From: the human T2T-CHM13v2.0 reference genome, Homo sapiens
NCBI RefSeq assembly: GCF_009914755.1
Contig: NC_060947.1
Direction: 5' to 3' (one strand)
Length of the DNA stretch: 64,000 nt
The notes under the pieces are model-generated. The model had not been told where the DNA came from and ran no database searches. It saw nothing but the letters and a program-made list of their open reading frames with translations. Both the position numbers and the translations under genes were made by a program. Numbering within the stretch: position 1 is the stretch's first letter; every line of letters starts with the position of its first letter. Positions 1 to 15,121 of this stretch are shown here, piece after piece.

Positions 1-165
1 CATTCTTGTTGACCAAGCCTGGGTCATCTGCCTTTCTGTGGAATCAGAGGGATGGCTTCAGTCTCATGTAAATCACGTAAACTGAGAATGATGGAGAGGT
101 TGTTTTCTGAAGGAAATTCAGGGTGTTATTACCAAAGGAAGGGGTAACGGACTAACAAACACAAA
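1..165. mobile_element. MaLR LTR fragment (MLT1J/K-like), truncated by window edge
   Basis: Resembles recalled MLT1 consensus (gggtcatctgcc...actgagaatgatggagagg...aggaaattcagggtgttattaccaaaggaagggg). Confidence 0.55.
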
Positions 166-811
166 GATTTAGCTTCCTTATTGTGGCATCACATAGGCTG
201 AATGACTCCTTTTGGGTTGGTCAATTACTTTCATTGTTTGGATGGTCTTGTTACCTGTGAGCTTCCTAGCTTTTGTTAAAAATAGGGCCTTGCCCTTCTT
301 GTTTTCACTGTGTTGTAGACAACAGGATTGAATGTGAAATAATAAAAGATCTTGAGTTCATTCTCAGGTTCATTTTGTGCCCCTCATTCTCTCACCTTAT
401 ACACAATAAATATTCTCTCAGTATGAAGGGTAAGTTCTATGATATCACTGTGAGAACAGTATAGTGTCATGAAGAGCTAAGGACAATTATTTTCTTGAAT
501 ATATGGAGGCCCACTAGACCCACAAGATCTAGTCATGACCAGAAAAACAGTTGATGGGAAGACAATTCTCTCCATGTGTTATCTTGGAGACTAGAACTAA
601 AATTTTTACCACCTCTTCAGAAATCTCCTATCTATTTTCTACCCTACTTATTACAGTGAGTCTTCATGCAATGGGGGACAGGATATACATTCTAAAGTCT
701 GGAAGATCAAATAGGGTTATGGACTTGTGGAATCAGGGATAGGTCCAGCTCCAGTACCCACAGCCACTGGAGCACACTTTTCATATCTTCTGCAATAGTA
801 AAGATATTCCT

Positions 812-1123
812 AGCTGGACACTCTGGCTCATGCCTGTAATCCACAAATCTTGGGAGGGCTGAGGAGGCTGAGGCAGGAGGATCTCTTGAGCACAGAAGTT
901 CAAGACCAGCCTAGGCAACATAGTGAGACCTCATCTCTACTAAAAATTGAAAAAAAAAAATAGCTGGGTGTGGTGATTCATGTCTGTGATCCTAGCTGCT
1001 CAGGAGGCTGAGGCGGGAGGATCACTTGGGCCCAGGGAGTTGAGGATACAGTGAGCTGTGATCATGCCACTGGACTCCAGCCTGGAAAACAGAGCAAGAC
1101 CGTGACTTAAGAAAGAAAAAAAA
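812..1123 (+). mobile_element. Alu, AluJ-like, full length
   Basis: Dimeric Alu with A-rich linker and tail; TSD aaagatattcct at 800-811 and 1124-1135. Confidence 0.95.
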
Positions 1124-2024
1124 AAAGATATTCCTTTCATTCGTAAGGATCCAGTCAAGGAAATGCCGAATGGGGCTGATGCCATGTAGTTGGCAAGAAG
1201 ATCCCCTGCCCCTGGTATACTGCTGACAACTGTCTTGTTGCCAGTGAAAGAAGTGTGGGTGAGGGAAGGGAAATCATTACCAATGGTTTCACCTTCATTT
1301 AGACCAGATTGAACATATTATGATACAAATGTTAATGTATCATGGAAATAGAGTTATTGACAATTCTCAGCAGTGGCTGAAGCGTGCACAGGATGCTGAA
1401 CACTTTTCCTTTGGCTGACATTTTGCAAATAGTTTGAACTGGGGAAGACAAAGAGGAAGAAGGGCCAGGAGATCATATTATCATCACAGAGATTTTTTCA
1501 TGCCTGTTCAAGCTGTCACTAGTTAATTGTATTCAGCTCTTGTCACCATTGGTAAAGGAGGGCAACTGGAATTATAAATACGAAAATTTCAAGCTTTTTA
1601 ATTCATTTGTAACCAAAGATCAACTGACTGAAACAACTGGGCTTGTATTTTAAATAGCTTTTTGGCATCCTTCCACCACCTAATACAATACAGATAATTC
1701 CCTGACAACGTGCCAGAGATAATGCAATTATCACTGAGTTTCTTTAGACATGTTTTGTATTACCTATTTAAAAGAATCCTATTTCCTTGATGTAATCTAA
1801 TCTATCTTGGATCTCACTATCCTAAATGAGACAGATAGTTTAAAGACAAAAGGATGAACTGAGGATGGGCTAAGGTACTTGCTACGTCTGCCTCCACTGT
1901 GAGACAGCTCTTCCGTGTAATCTAGGTCACTAAGGAGGCCACAGCCCCCAGCTCTACATTCCCATGCCCCTAGGGACATCTGTGGTAGCTTCAGGCTATT
2001 TCTATGGATGTTTCCAATTATTAT

Positions 2025-2480
2025 ACTCATAGGAAGAGATCTTGAAAGGAGATTTAGTTCATTTTCCTCCCTGTAGGAGGGACTCCACTGGACAGCTGAC
2101 CCTGTCCCATGTTAAAAACTCTATATGAGAGAGGTTATCTCTCTGCCCCCACCTAATAATTCATAGCAATATTCATTACCTTTTTCTCTCATGAAGTTCC
2201 TCTTCATATCTGACCTAAATTACAGATAATGTAACCTAGTGCTCATTTTTCCTCAATGGAGATTTAATACTATCTTCCTTTTCATGTAGTGATGCCTTGT
2301 GATTCCTGGAAACCACGATCAACTCACTCTTTGGTCTCTCCTGGTCAACTGGTTCAATTTCCTTAATTTTTTCCTTTGAGGTCTCAGTATTGAATATCTG
2401 TTAACCAGTTAGTTATCTGCTCTCCTTGGCCTTTCCTGAATCTCTGCATGCTTCAAATTTATGGAGCCCATAATTGGTCC
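2025..2480 (-). mobile_element. L3/CR1 LINE 3' fragment, highly diverged
   Basis: Motif order resembles antisense CR1 3' end (ggaagagatcttgaaaggagatttagttc...aagttcctcttcatatctgacctaaat...atggagcccataattgg). Confidence 0.5.
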
Positions 2481-2588
2481 TTATTGTCACAGTTGGAAGA
2501 GATGCAGACTGAGACTGCTGGGCGGTCAGAAGCAGTCAGTGTGACTAAGAATTATACCAGTAGAGACATGGTCTGCAAAGTGAAATAG

Positions 2589-3027
<439 letters not shown>

Positions 3028-3309
3028 TAGAGAAATACTTCAGGCACCCACAGCAGAGATATGTGTGCTTCCCATTCATTTATACATTATTTCAATGGCA
3101 GTCAAGCTCTCACACTGGTCACATGAAACAACTACAATGGTTACCATTCCTGAAAGGTGAAAATTTGTAGGTGGGAGTTCAATGTTGCACTCCCTACCAA
3201 CTTTATTTTTATGAAGCAGGTGGACACACTCTAACTCAGCCACGAAACAGTGTCTGACCTATAGCTCTCAGGAACACTTTTCTTTCTGACTGGTCAATTA
3301 TTTATTTCA

Positions 3310-3556
3310 CAAACACAGAAAGTGCTTCCTATGTGCCAGGTACTGTTCTAAATAGTTCACAAATACTAATTTATTTAATCTTCATGACAACCCCAGCAGG
3401 TAATTACTAATATTAACTTTATTTTACAGGCAAGAAACATTAAGTCACAGAGTTATTAAATATCTTGCCTGAGGTCACAATACTAATAAGTGGTAGGACA
3501 GAAATCGAAACCCAGGCAGTTTGATACCAGAGCTTGCCTGCTTGACTACTACATTT
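3310..3556 (-). mobile_element. MIR SINE
   Basis: atgtgccaggtactgttcta...attttacagg...gaggtcacaa...gaaacccaggcagtttga matches antisense MIR. Confidence 0.85.
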
Positions 3557-4019
3557 ATCTGCCTTTTGACTTTCTTCTGCATTCCACGCTCCAAACCTAC
3601 CTCTTTTTCAAGACTAAACCTTGGTCTCTCCTAAGCTCTTGTTTTTCTAGTAGTTTTCTCTGGCATATTACGTGTATACATAGTGCAAGATTTGGAGAGG
3701 AGGATGGCTGGGTGAAATGGCCCTGCCTAAATGGTAAGCTCTCTTTTACTTAGTGCATTTTGTTCTTGTGCTTTTTGTTGCCAACTTCTTTATAACCCAA
3801 GTTTTTGCTCCAGCTGCTTAATCAATTGATTTTCTGATGGTTAAAAAAAGAAAACCTGGTGAGAAACTTGGGCAATTTTGTTAATTTCTCAGATGTCTGT
3901 GATTGGCATAGTCTGTGATCCCTGCACTTTGCTCTGCCTCCATTCTCTCCAGTGCCTGTATACTTGAGATGAGACCAAATGAGCCCAGATCATCTCCAAC
4001 AGAATGATGAGTGGAGGCA

Positions 4020-4160
4020 GGCTCTTATTAAAATACAGATTCCTGGGCTGCACTTCTGACTCAATGAATTAGAATTTTAGGAAGGAGACCCAGGAATACA
4101 CATATTATCAAGCTTCTCTTTAATCATTCTGATGCATACCTAAGTTTAAGGTCCACTGCC
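4020..4160. mobile_element. MER5A-like hAT-Charlie MITE
   Basis: cttattaaaatacagattcctgggc...ccaggaatac...attctgatgcatacctaagtttaaggtccactg. Confidence 0.7.
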
Positions 4161-4244
4161 CCAAAAAGCTTTGTGAATGGCCAGGCTGTAGAATTAATGT
4201 GGAGTTTTTGGAAAAAATGGAGATTCCCTGGCCCCTACCCTGGA

Positions 4245-4450
4245 GTGTTTGTGCAATGGTGTACTCGTTGTCAAACCATCACTCCAAAACAAACAAAAAA
4301 CTTATTTGTAGCAGTTGCCTATTTCCATGGTGTAAATAATTCCACCATGGCTTATTTTAAGCTATATATGTGAAGTCACTGAACTCAGAGTTGGGAGGAC
4401 AAGTGTACAATTAGTTCTTGCAAGCCAGTACAAGCTGTCACCAGCACCCT
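4245..4450 (-). mobile_element. MER63-like hAT-Blackjack DNA transposon
   Basis: Reverse complement matches recalled MER63A (cttgtactggcttgcaagaactaattgtacac...cccaactctgagttcagtgac...ccatggtggaattatttacaccatggaaat). Confidence 0.7.
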
Positions 4451-4859
4451 GGATGGGCGAATGTGAGAGGGTGTGAGTAGGAAGTTGGCAGTAACATAGG
4501 AAGGGGCAGAGCATTGAATGCAAATGTAAGTGTCAGGGCTGGAATTTAAACCCAGCTCTTTTAAAACCCAGCTCTTTCTTACTCCAAAGCTGCATTTTTC
4601 AGCCTTTGTGCACACTGCAACCAGTTTCAGGAATATCCTTTCCCTCCAGCTCTGTCTATGAAAATTCTGTCCATCCTTCAAGGCCTAGCTCAGCTACAAC
4701 CTGCTTTATGAAGCCTTCCATGTATCATCTTCCCACTTCCAGCAGATGTGTCTTTTCCCATCACTATGGGATGCGTTATTGGAGAGATATCATTATTTCA
4801 AGAATGATCCTTAAGCAGATTTACTCTTCTTAAAACAAGTAGCTTGGTGCAGAAAAACA

Positions 4860-5090
4860 CTGGGATATAATGACAAGAACAAAGATTTTAGAGTCATATA
4901 TGAATTCAAATTCCAGCTCCAATATTGATCAGATATATAGAGAGATAGTCACCTCTCTAAGCTATAGTTTTCATAGATGTAAAATGGGGGTAAGAGCAAT
5001 GCTGCAGGATCATTGCAAAGATTAGTAGTAATTTATGGAAAGTGCCAGGCACTCATTAAATGCCCAATAAATGGTGGACATTATTATTCA
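4860..5090 (+). mobile_element. MIR SINE
   Basis: Degenerate core (acctctctaagctatagttttcatagatgtaaaatgggg) and 3' tail (tgcccaataaatgg...ttattatt). Confidence 0.7.
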
Positions 5091-5096
5091 TGTATT

Positions 5097-5128
5097 TGAA
5101 TACATGAATACATGAATACATGAATACA
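5097..5128. repeat. (TGAATACA)x4 tandem repeat
   Basis: Direct reading of sequence. Confidence 0.9.
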
Positions 5129-5186
5129 CCAGACAAATGTCATTCATACTTCGCATCCTCAATTATTTGATATCAAAGGTACAGCC

Positions 5187-5437
5187 TAGCCAGGTGTGGT
5201 GGTGCGTGCCTGTAATCCCAGCTACTCAGGAGGCTGAGGCAGGAGAATCACTTGAGCCCAAGAGGCGGAGGTTGCAGTGAGCACTATACTCCAGCCTGGG
5301 TGACAGAGCAAGGCTCCGTCTCAAAAAATAAAATAAAATAAAATAAAAATAAAATAAAATAAAATAAAATAAATAAAATAAAATAAAACAAAATAAAATA
5401 AAATAAAATAAAATAAAATAAAATATAAAATAAAATA
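5187..5437 (+). mobile_element. 5'-truncated Alu (right arm only) with ~115-bp (TAAAA)n tail
   Basis: Right monomer 5187-5322 with a short internal deletion after gcagtgagc; TSD gtacagcc at 5179-5186 and 5438-5445. Confidence 0.93.
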
Positions 5438-6804
5438 GTACAGCCGATAGTATAGCTTTCCCCATAAATACTGTTCCCCCATTCACTCAACCAAAAAGTC
5501 AGCATTTGAGCTTGTCTTTGGTGATTCAGCCTCACCCCAAGCTTTGGTCAGGGCTGCCAGCACATGCAGAAGTTAAGTCTTTAGTTGAACTACACCTCAC
5601 TAAGCTGCAAATGGCTGACTTGCCTGACATTCACTTACACCTCTTACCTCACCTTCTTTTTGGCTGTCAGGGCTATGAGTAAATAGGAAGGGATGAGGTT
5701 GGGATTGAGATGGGGCCTGTATACTACAATACCAGTATATCAAAACTCGCTTTTCATGCACTGTGGTCTGCTTGAATGGCAGCCAGCCTCAATGGGCTGT
5801 CAAAGTGATGAAGAGGTTGTCAGAGAAACAGCCAATTCCAGTCCATCAATTCAAATTTTGACCCATAGGCAGAAAAGAGCCAGGGGTGTCTGAAGGTCAC
5901 AAGCCTAGGCCAGGGTACTCCCGGGTCATTGCTGTAGGGTTGGTGTGCCAGTGGATAGCCTACCCTATGTAACTTCATGGTGTCTAAAGTCTTTCCAGAA
6001 TGTTCTTCTTTAAGCTAAGGCATTATCGAAGGTTCCTGTTCCAAGTGTAATAGTTGTAGATGGAGCCATTTTCAACTGTTAACATCTGTGCAGAAATGAG
6101 TTTATTAGATTAGTCATTCGGTAATATCGAGTGAGATTCAGGCAAATGAGGTTTAGAATTGTGCCCAGGGTGGGTGAATGGGGACTGCTTGCGTATCAGA
6201 ACTGTGCAGGGGTTAAACACAACACCTGAATGGTAGAGTATGATGGAAGGGAGAATATTGATGTAGTGTTTAAAGTCAACTTGGCCCTTCAAAAATGGAG
6301 GTGTTGTGGCTCAGGAGACAAACTCTCTAGATTTTGCCATCTTGCCTCAGGCCGATATTGGTTCCCAGGCTCAGAACAGCTCCCTGAATTTCCAAGCTGC
6401 AAGTGACTTCACTCTCTGCTAGTCTGCACTGAAAAACTGTAGATAAAGGTATGACAATATTTGGACATGCTTGTAAGCACTTGCTGACAGGCCAGGGACG
6501 GAGGGTATTACTGAGCTGTATTTCAACAGACTTTTTCAATGCTCAGTCCCCCTACCTGTGGATGCTGGGAACCTGGGGAATATCACTGAATAAGAAGTAA
6601 GGATTTCAATAATAAAAAAAAAAAGTTAGTGCTGATCCCTTTTCCTGGAAGTCCCCAGTTGAGGAGAGCGGTAGCTGATGAGGGCAGGTACCCAGGATCA
6701 TGATTGGTTTTGGTTTGATTTCTTCCCTGCCATACCCACAAGTTCAAAGGAACCATTTTTATTTTAATTGTAACACAGTGAAGTCTGTGACACATGTGGG
6801 ATTA

Positions 6805-7235
6805 TTTTTCCTTTTTAAAGTTTTAAAACATTTGATTGACAAAATTATATGTATTCAAGGTATACAGTGTGATTATGTGTGAAATGATTACCACAGTCAA
6901 ATTAAATTAACACATACACTATCATACATAGTTACTCTTTTTGTGTATGTGGTGAGAACACTTAAAATTTGCTCCCTTATCAAATTTCCAGTATGCCATA
7001 CAGTATTAACTATAGTTACCATGCTGTGCATTAGATCCCCAGAACTTATTCATCTTATAACTGCAAGTGTGTATGCTTTGATCAACATCTCCTTATTTCC
7101 CCTACACCCCAGCCTGTGGGAACCTCAGTTCTATTCTCTGTTTCTATGAGTTCATTTTTTTTAGATTCCACATATAAGTGAGATCATACATTTTTTGTCT
7201 TTCTGTGTCTGGCTTATTTCAGTTAGTGAGATGTG
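6805..7235 (-). mobile_element. L1MA8/9-like LINE-1 3' end
   Basis: gtgaaatgattaccacagtcaa...ggtgagaacacttaaa...ttagatccccagaacttattcatcttataactg...ttagattccacatataagtgagatcat. Confidence 0.85.
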
Positions 7236-7671
7236 TTTTTGTCTCCATATAATTCTAATTTGGTCTCAATAAGATCTGATTAGCTGAGAATTATCTCAGA
7301 AGAAAATTCAAATCAATTTACTAAAACCAAGCAACTGCACCCACAGTCTTCTTCCACTGACTTCCTAATAAAGATAAAACACCAGACGTCAAAACCTATA
7401 TGAGGCGAGTGAAGCTTGACATTTATGCCAAAAAAAGGTGTCCCCTCTAGGGAAAAAATAACTGCCTCCTTAAGGACTCAAGATCATTAATCCTCATTCA
7501 TCCCACTAATTACCTTTTCTACTCCTATCCAGTCTCATGAGGGATGATGTTTTATTATGTTCCTCCTGTTGGAGGGGCTAAGCCATTGTCTTCTACTCAA
7601 TAAATTTTTACTGAGCTTCTATTATGTATCAGGAACTGTGCCAGGCATGGAGGCTAAAAACATGTATAATT

Positions 7672-7890
7672 ATAGTAGTAACCTTCATTGAGTACTGACT
7701 ATGTGCCAGCTATTTTAAATGTATTATCTTTTAAATCCTCCCAACAGCCCTATTCAAATAGGTACTATTATCACCCCCACTTTACAGATGAGGAAATCGA
7801 TGCACAGAGAAATTAAGCACCTTGCTTATGGTCATAAGTGGTAGAAGTAGAACTTTAAACCTACTTTTCTCTAGTACCAGAGTCAAAACT
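7672..7890 (-). mobile_element. MIR SINE
   Basis: ggtactattatcacccccactttacagatgaggaaatcgatgcacagaga core. Confidence 0.85.
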
Positions 7891-8094
7891 TTCATTGTAA
7901 CATGTACATTACTGTGATAAGGATTTTGCCGTATCTCATGTGATTGTCACAGAAAACACCATAAGGCAGGGGCATCCAATATTTTGCCTTCCCTGGGCCA
8001 CGTTGGAAGAAAAATTGTTTTGGGCCACACATAAAATACACTAACACTAAAGATAATGGTTGAGCTAAAATTAATCACAAAAAATCTCATAATT

Positions 8095-10138
<2,044 letters not shown>

Positions 10139-10197
10139 AAAAAATTGCATAATTTATGAATTTGTGTTACCAATTCATAAGCAAGCTTGCTATAAGG

Positions 10198-10367
10198 TAA
10201 GTAATTACCTTGTTATTGTCCCTATTTTACAGATGAGAAAACTGAGACTGAGAAGGATTATGTGGCTTGTCTGAAGTTATGTGAGGAATAAGTGGTAGAA
10301 CTAGGATTTAAGCCCTGATCCTCTAACTTGAGAGCACATGTGCTTAATTGCTATGTTCCACTGCTTC
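10198..10367 (-). mobile_element. MIR SINE, host of MER30 (other part ~7900-7966)
   Basis: cctattttacagatgagaaaactgagactgaga core resumes immediately after the MER30 TSD. Confidence 0.8.
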
Positions 10368-10619
10368 CATAAAAGTAATCTATGATCATTAAATGGGGAT
10401 AAAAATGTAAATAAGACATATTAGTGACAACAACTAGAACCAGAAGCTCGTGTAGATGAGCTTGGGGTTGACAGGTATTTTAATTCAAGTGGACCAGTGA
10501 GGTTACCTGAGACAAGGAGCAGAAATCTTAGGTTAAGATACAGGAGGGAAAGCCTAGAAATGTCAGCTAAGGCAGGCAGTAGCACAGCCTCCCTCAGCAA
10601 AGAGTCGTATCTGGTATCC

Positions 10620-10800
10620 TCACAGAAGTCAGAAGATCTGGGTCTTAGTTTAAGCTCTACCATCACCTTTCTAGGTGATACGGGGCAAGTTAGGTCTCCT
10701 CTTTGAGCCTCCATATGTAAAGTTGTAATTAGAGTTCTTGCTCTGTTTATCTTACAGGGATGTAAGAATAAGAATAAGATGTTGTGAGAACACAAGAAAA
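10620..10800 (+). mobile_element. MIR SINE, diverged
   Basis: agaagatctgggtcttag...ggggcaagtt...ctctttgagcctcc...tgtaaag. Confidence 0.55.
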
Positions 10801-12057
10801 CAATATATATCAAAGTAATGTTCAAATGTTTCTATTTTTAGTGAATTGGTTTTTGAAGTTATTAGACCCATTTTCTGTATTTTTGCATCATAGAGCACAG
10901 CTTGAGTTTATTTGACTCTTAGTGATTGACTGACCCAAACAGAATTACCAGTTGCCTTTAGACATACCTAAAAATAAGAGTCAACCCTTATTCAGCAGGT
11001 ATCTCCCTGGGATCTTGTGCTGAGTGTTCTGGGCATAAGGCAGAGCTGACTTTCAGTCACTTTTACTATAGACTTTAGTTTTTTAACTTTCCCATTTGGT
11101 CACAGCAGAAAAGACTGGAGTGGGCTTTCCTGAATTTAACAGAAAATACCCCTCTTTTCTTTGCTTTTTGGAGTGTTAGCTATGATTTGTCTTACCTTTC
11201 CATGCAAGTTAAAAACCTTAGGAGACAGGAGACTTTCTTGGAAGCTTCATTCCCCACCCCAAGCCCCAGCTTCCCCACTTCTTGAGGGGAGCTGAGGTAA
11301 GGCCAAAAATCCTCACCCTATTTTGGATCTGATTCTCAGGATAGGGGGATGGTGATGGTATTACAGCTACCATCACTGTTCATAAGGCAGTAGGAAGGAT
11401 GTTCAGCCAGTGACATAGTTCTCAGCTTCTTTGAGATCAAGAGGCAGTAAAGTGCAGTAGGATTGAATCATCCCTTTGGATTTAGAAGAACATTCATGCA
11501 TCCTGGTGGGCATAAAGGGGGAGAACAGGCTTCATCTCCTCTTCCCACTTGTCATCTCAGTCATCCACCAACCATACACCTACCAACAGAGTGTAAACTT
11601 GTCGAAAGGTCACAACGGGCATAGCTGAGCATGTGGCAGAAAGGAAGCTCAAGAAAACAACTAACATCCATCTCTTCCAAGTTGGTTAGTTGATTTATCA
11701 CGTGGTTGTATCTGAGTTGAACCTGCATTTTGGTTTGTGGCTTTTTCATGCTAGAGAGAGCACAGAAGAAGTCTAAACACATTTTTTTTTTTTCTGGCCT
11801 TTGGACTTTCAGAGTCAATGGACTTTGAAGCTGAGTCCTATTATAGCCCTTGAGGTGAAGAGAGGATCTTCTATTCTCAGTCTAGCCATGACTGAGCTCC
11901 TGGACACCTTGTATGGAGTCAGCTATTTGTTACTGAAAAAAGAGCAGCAAAAGCAATGTTTTTGGACTTTAAAAATCTTTCTATTTTAACTCTAAAACTT
12001 TTATTTTATTTAATGGAAGATTTTCTCGACAATCATGATGACCCATTTCTTGTGACT

Positions 12058-12250
12058 TTGGAGTTAGATGGAACCCTTATTGGCTATGTAACCTTGGGCA
12101 ATGCACCTAATCTTTCTGAGCTCTAGTGTTTGTTATGCTTTGTCCAACAGAGTTGTAGTGCCTTCCTCACAGATATGCAATGAGGATTAAGCACATACAT
12201 AAAACAACCAGTATAATGCCCTGCCACAAAGTAGACATACAACAAGTACC
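12058..12250 (+). mobile_element. MIR SINE
   Basis: ctatgtaaccttgggcaatgcacctaatctttctgagc...tgaggattaa. Confidence 0.65.
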
Positions 12251-12321
12251 AATTCCCTGTCTGTTTTTGCATTGTTTGGCAAAGTGACATGGATGCCAAT
12301 TTGCCTTAAAAACAAAAATAA

Positions 12322-12639
<318 letters not shown>

Positions 12640-14669
12640 CTTTCTGCAACACATAGTAAATTGTTGGCTTATTAATCCAACACAGTGTTTATCTTCTGTA
12701 ACTTAAAGGCCAGATTGTCACCTTATACACTCTTATCCCCTTGTTTCTTCTGTTGGGTAATCAGTGCTGCACAAGTAGGATATGGTCTTGGAAAGGAGAA
12801 ACCAGCTAGTCTGAGAACTGACCCTGGATTAATACAAAATAGTTGAATTTCCTGGGGGAGTAGGCCATACCCCTCCACTGCAGTGGCACCATCATTAACT
12901 CTATATATTCCTGGGGACTAGGAGCCCCTGGCTTTGGGATCAGCTCCAGAACTAGTGGTCGACTCGCCAAGGTTTGTGACTTTCACAGGTTGTACTTGGG
13001 GCAAGGGCTGCAAGCCACGAGTCATACTTGAATCCCACCCGCCCACCTGTACGTGCTCCTCCCTTTCCTCTGTCTTTGCCAGAGCAAATGAGTAGCGGTA
13101 GAGAAGCCAGGTTGATGGGCTTCTTTTTATACTCCAGAAAATCTGATTTTGAATTTCTACTTCAAGCAGGTGGGATCAGCATCACTCCCCTCCCAGTAAA
13201 ATAAAAGCCTGAATGACTTGATTTATCACTGTCAAAGAATTTCATTATGATCAATTTGTGTTTGATGGAGCAAAAAAGGAGAGAAGTGCACAGTAGAGCA
13301 CTTATAATTCTGGTCTGATGACTGCTTCTATTCACCCTGGCCTTGAGGTTTGGCTAGTATTTATCAAGTGGGAGGGTAGATTTGGCTGCTTAGGTGTGTT
13401 TGGGGCTTCTGCTTTAAGAGCTTATGATTCAGACATTCCTGTTTTCGGGATCCAGGTGGCTTTCCTTCCCTTTTTAACCCCAAATTGTTTCTGGCAGCAA
13501 AACAGAAATATCATAAAGGGCTGCTCATAGAATTACTTGCCACAGATGGTATCAAACTCAAGTGAATAGGCATTTTCATTTTTGGCTTCTTTAAGAGTCA
13601 CCACTTTTCCTTTGCAGCCAACTGATATCAATGGACTCAGTCAAAGAAAAATGGCAAATAGCTACCCTAGGCCAAAATACAGCCTCCTTTATGGAAGGTG
13701 GCATGACCACATCCCAGTGTGAGTCAAACTTGAGCCTAGAGTCTACTTAATAAGGGGTAATGGCTTCAGTTTCTGGTTGTGATGTTCTGTGCTGCCTCTG
13801 CTAAGTTCCCAGAATGCCTTTGTGCTTTATAATAGCCATGTTCCTTTGGTTGGGGCCCAAAGCAATCCCCATAATTGGCTTCACTGACAGGACTTTTTTC
13901 TGCCTTAGAGGCAGCACAGGACTCTGACTATGTCTTCTGTGAAGACAGAGTTTGACTACACAGCATCTGGTGGGATTGACCCCAAAGGTCTAAAACACTT
14001 CTCAAATTATTGGGGAATACCTTCTTAGCTTTTGTGACTTAAGCACAAGTATAAATATTAGTTGTATCTAATAAAAATGCTCCACCAATTCAGAACTCTT
14101 TAAGGTCTAGCCAAAGCCAATGAAAAATTGGACCTGGCACCCTTCCCAGAAGGTCAACAGACTGGCTTCATTGGTACATCAAGGAAAGAGCCATTCCTGA
14201 GGCAAGGATTCTGACTGTTCCCATTCTGTCTTTGGCTGTTTAAATCTGGGAAATAGTATCATGAGTATATTGGGAAATCTCAGCTCCCAAGAATACTCAG
14301 AGTAAGTAAGGCTGAGGAAATGATCCATTTTAGAGCTGTAAATGTTTGTGGAATAGCTTCTCATAAGTACTCATATGGACTCATGTATCCCAGGTGGTAC
14401 CAAATGTTTCTGGCAACCAAGAAAGCTACTGCTTTGGAGGCGGAGTAGGAAAAAGTTGAAGAGAGGAGGGAAAGTATGAAACAATTGATACTGCAAAGTT
14501 GGTCCAAGTGCCAGAGAGGGGAAGAGAATGATTTAAATAAACATAGAAGCTCACCTACCAACTTATTTTTGCCTAATTTTGATGAATTGGTTCAGGAAAA
14601 CGAGTGTCATAACAGCATTCTCTCAAATGTGATTTGCCTATTCCTATTTGCATTATCTAGATGAATGAT

Positions 14670-14755
14670 GGAAACTTTATGAGCCCCAGTTTCCTTATTT
14701 AAAAAATGAGAATAATAGTATCTAGCTCACAAGATTATTATGAGAATTAAATGCG
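14670..14755 (+). mobile_element. MIR fragment
   Basis: gagccccagtttccttatttaaaaaatgagaataatagtatctagctcac...tgagaattaaatg. Confidence 0.7.
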
Positions 14756-14799
14756 CTTTCTTTCTTTTCTCCATTGTACAGTGCCTGCTCCTAACTTTC

Positions 14800-14903
14800 A
14801 TATATATATAATATAGATATAGATCTATATCTATATATAGATATAGATCTATATCTATATATAGATATAGATCTATATCTATATATAGATATAGATATAT
14901 ATA
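14800..14903. repeat. AT-rich minisatellite: 3+ copies of a self-palindromic 24-mer
   Basis: tatagatatagatctatatctata at 14812-14835, 14836-14859 and 14860-14883. Confidence 0.95.
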
Positions 14904-15121
14904 AAATACGACTATGTCTTCTGTGAAGACAGAGTTTGAATGAATATATATATAGTCAAACTAATAATAAAAGGGATCCCTTTTAGAGAAACCCAAAGGC
15001 AGAGAAATTCACAATGTCCAGGCTCAAATCAGGGCCAATATCAACAATCAGTAGAGACATCAGAGACAAATTGTAGATCAGGAATCATGACTAGGAGATG
15101 GATAAAATAGTAAAGCCGTAC

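Noticed and set aside
4548-4577. Tandem duplication aaacccagctcttt
   Set aside because: Ordinary short slippage duplication
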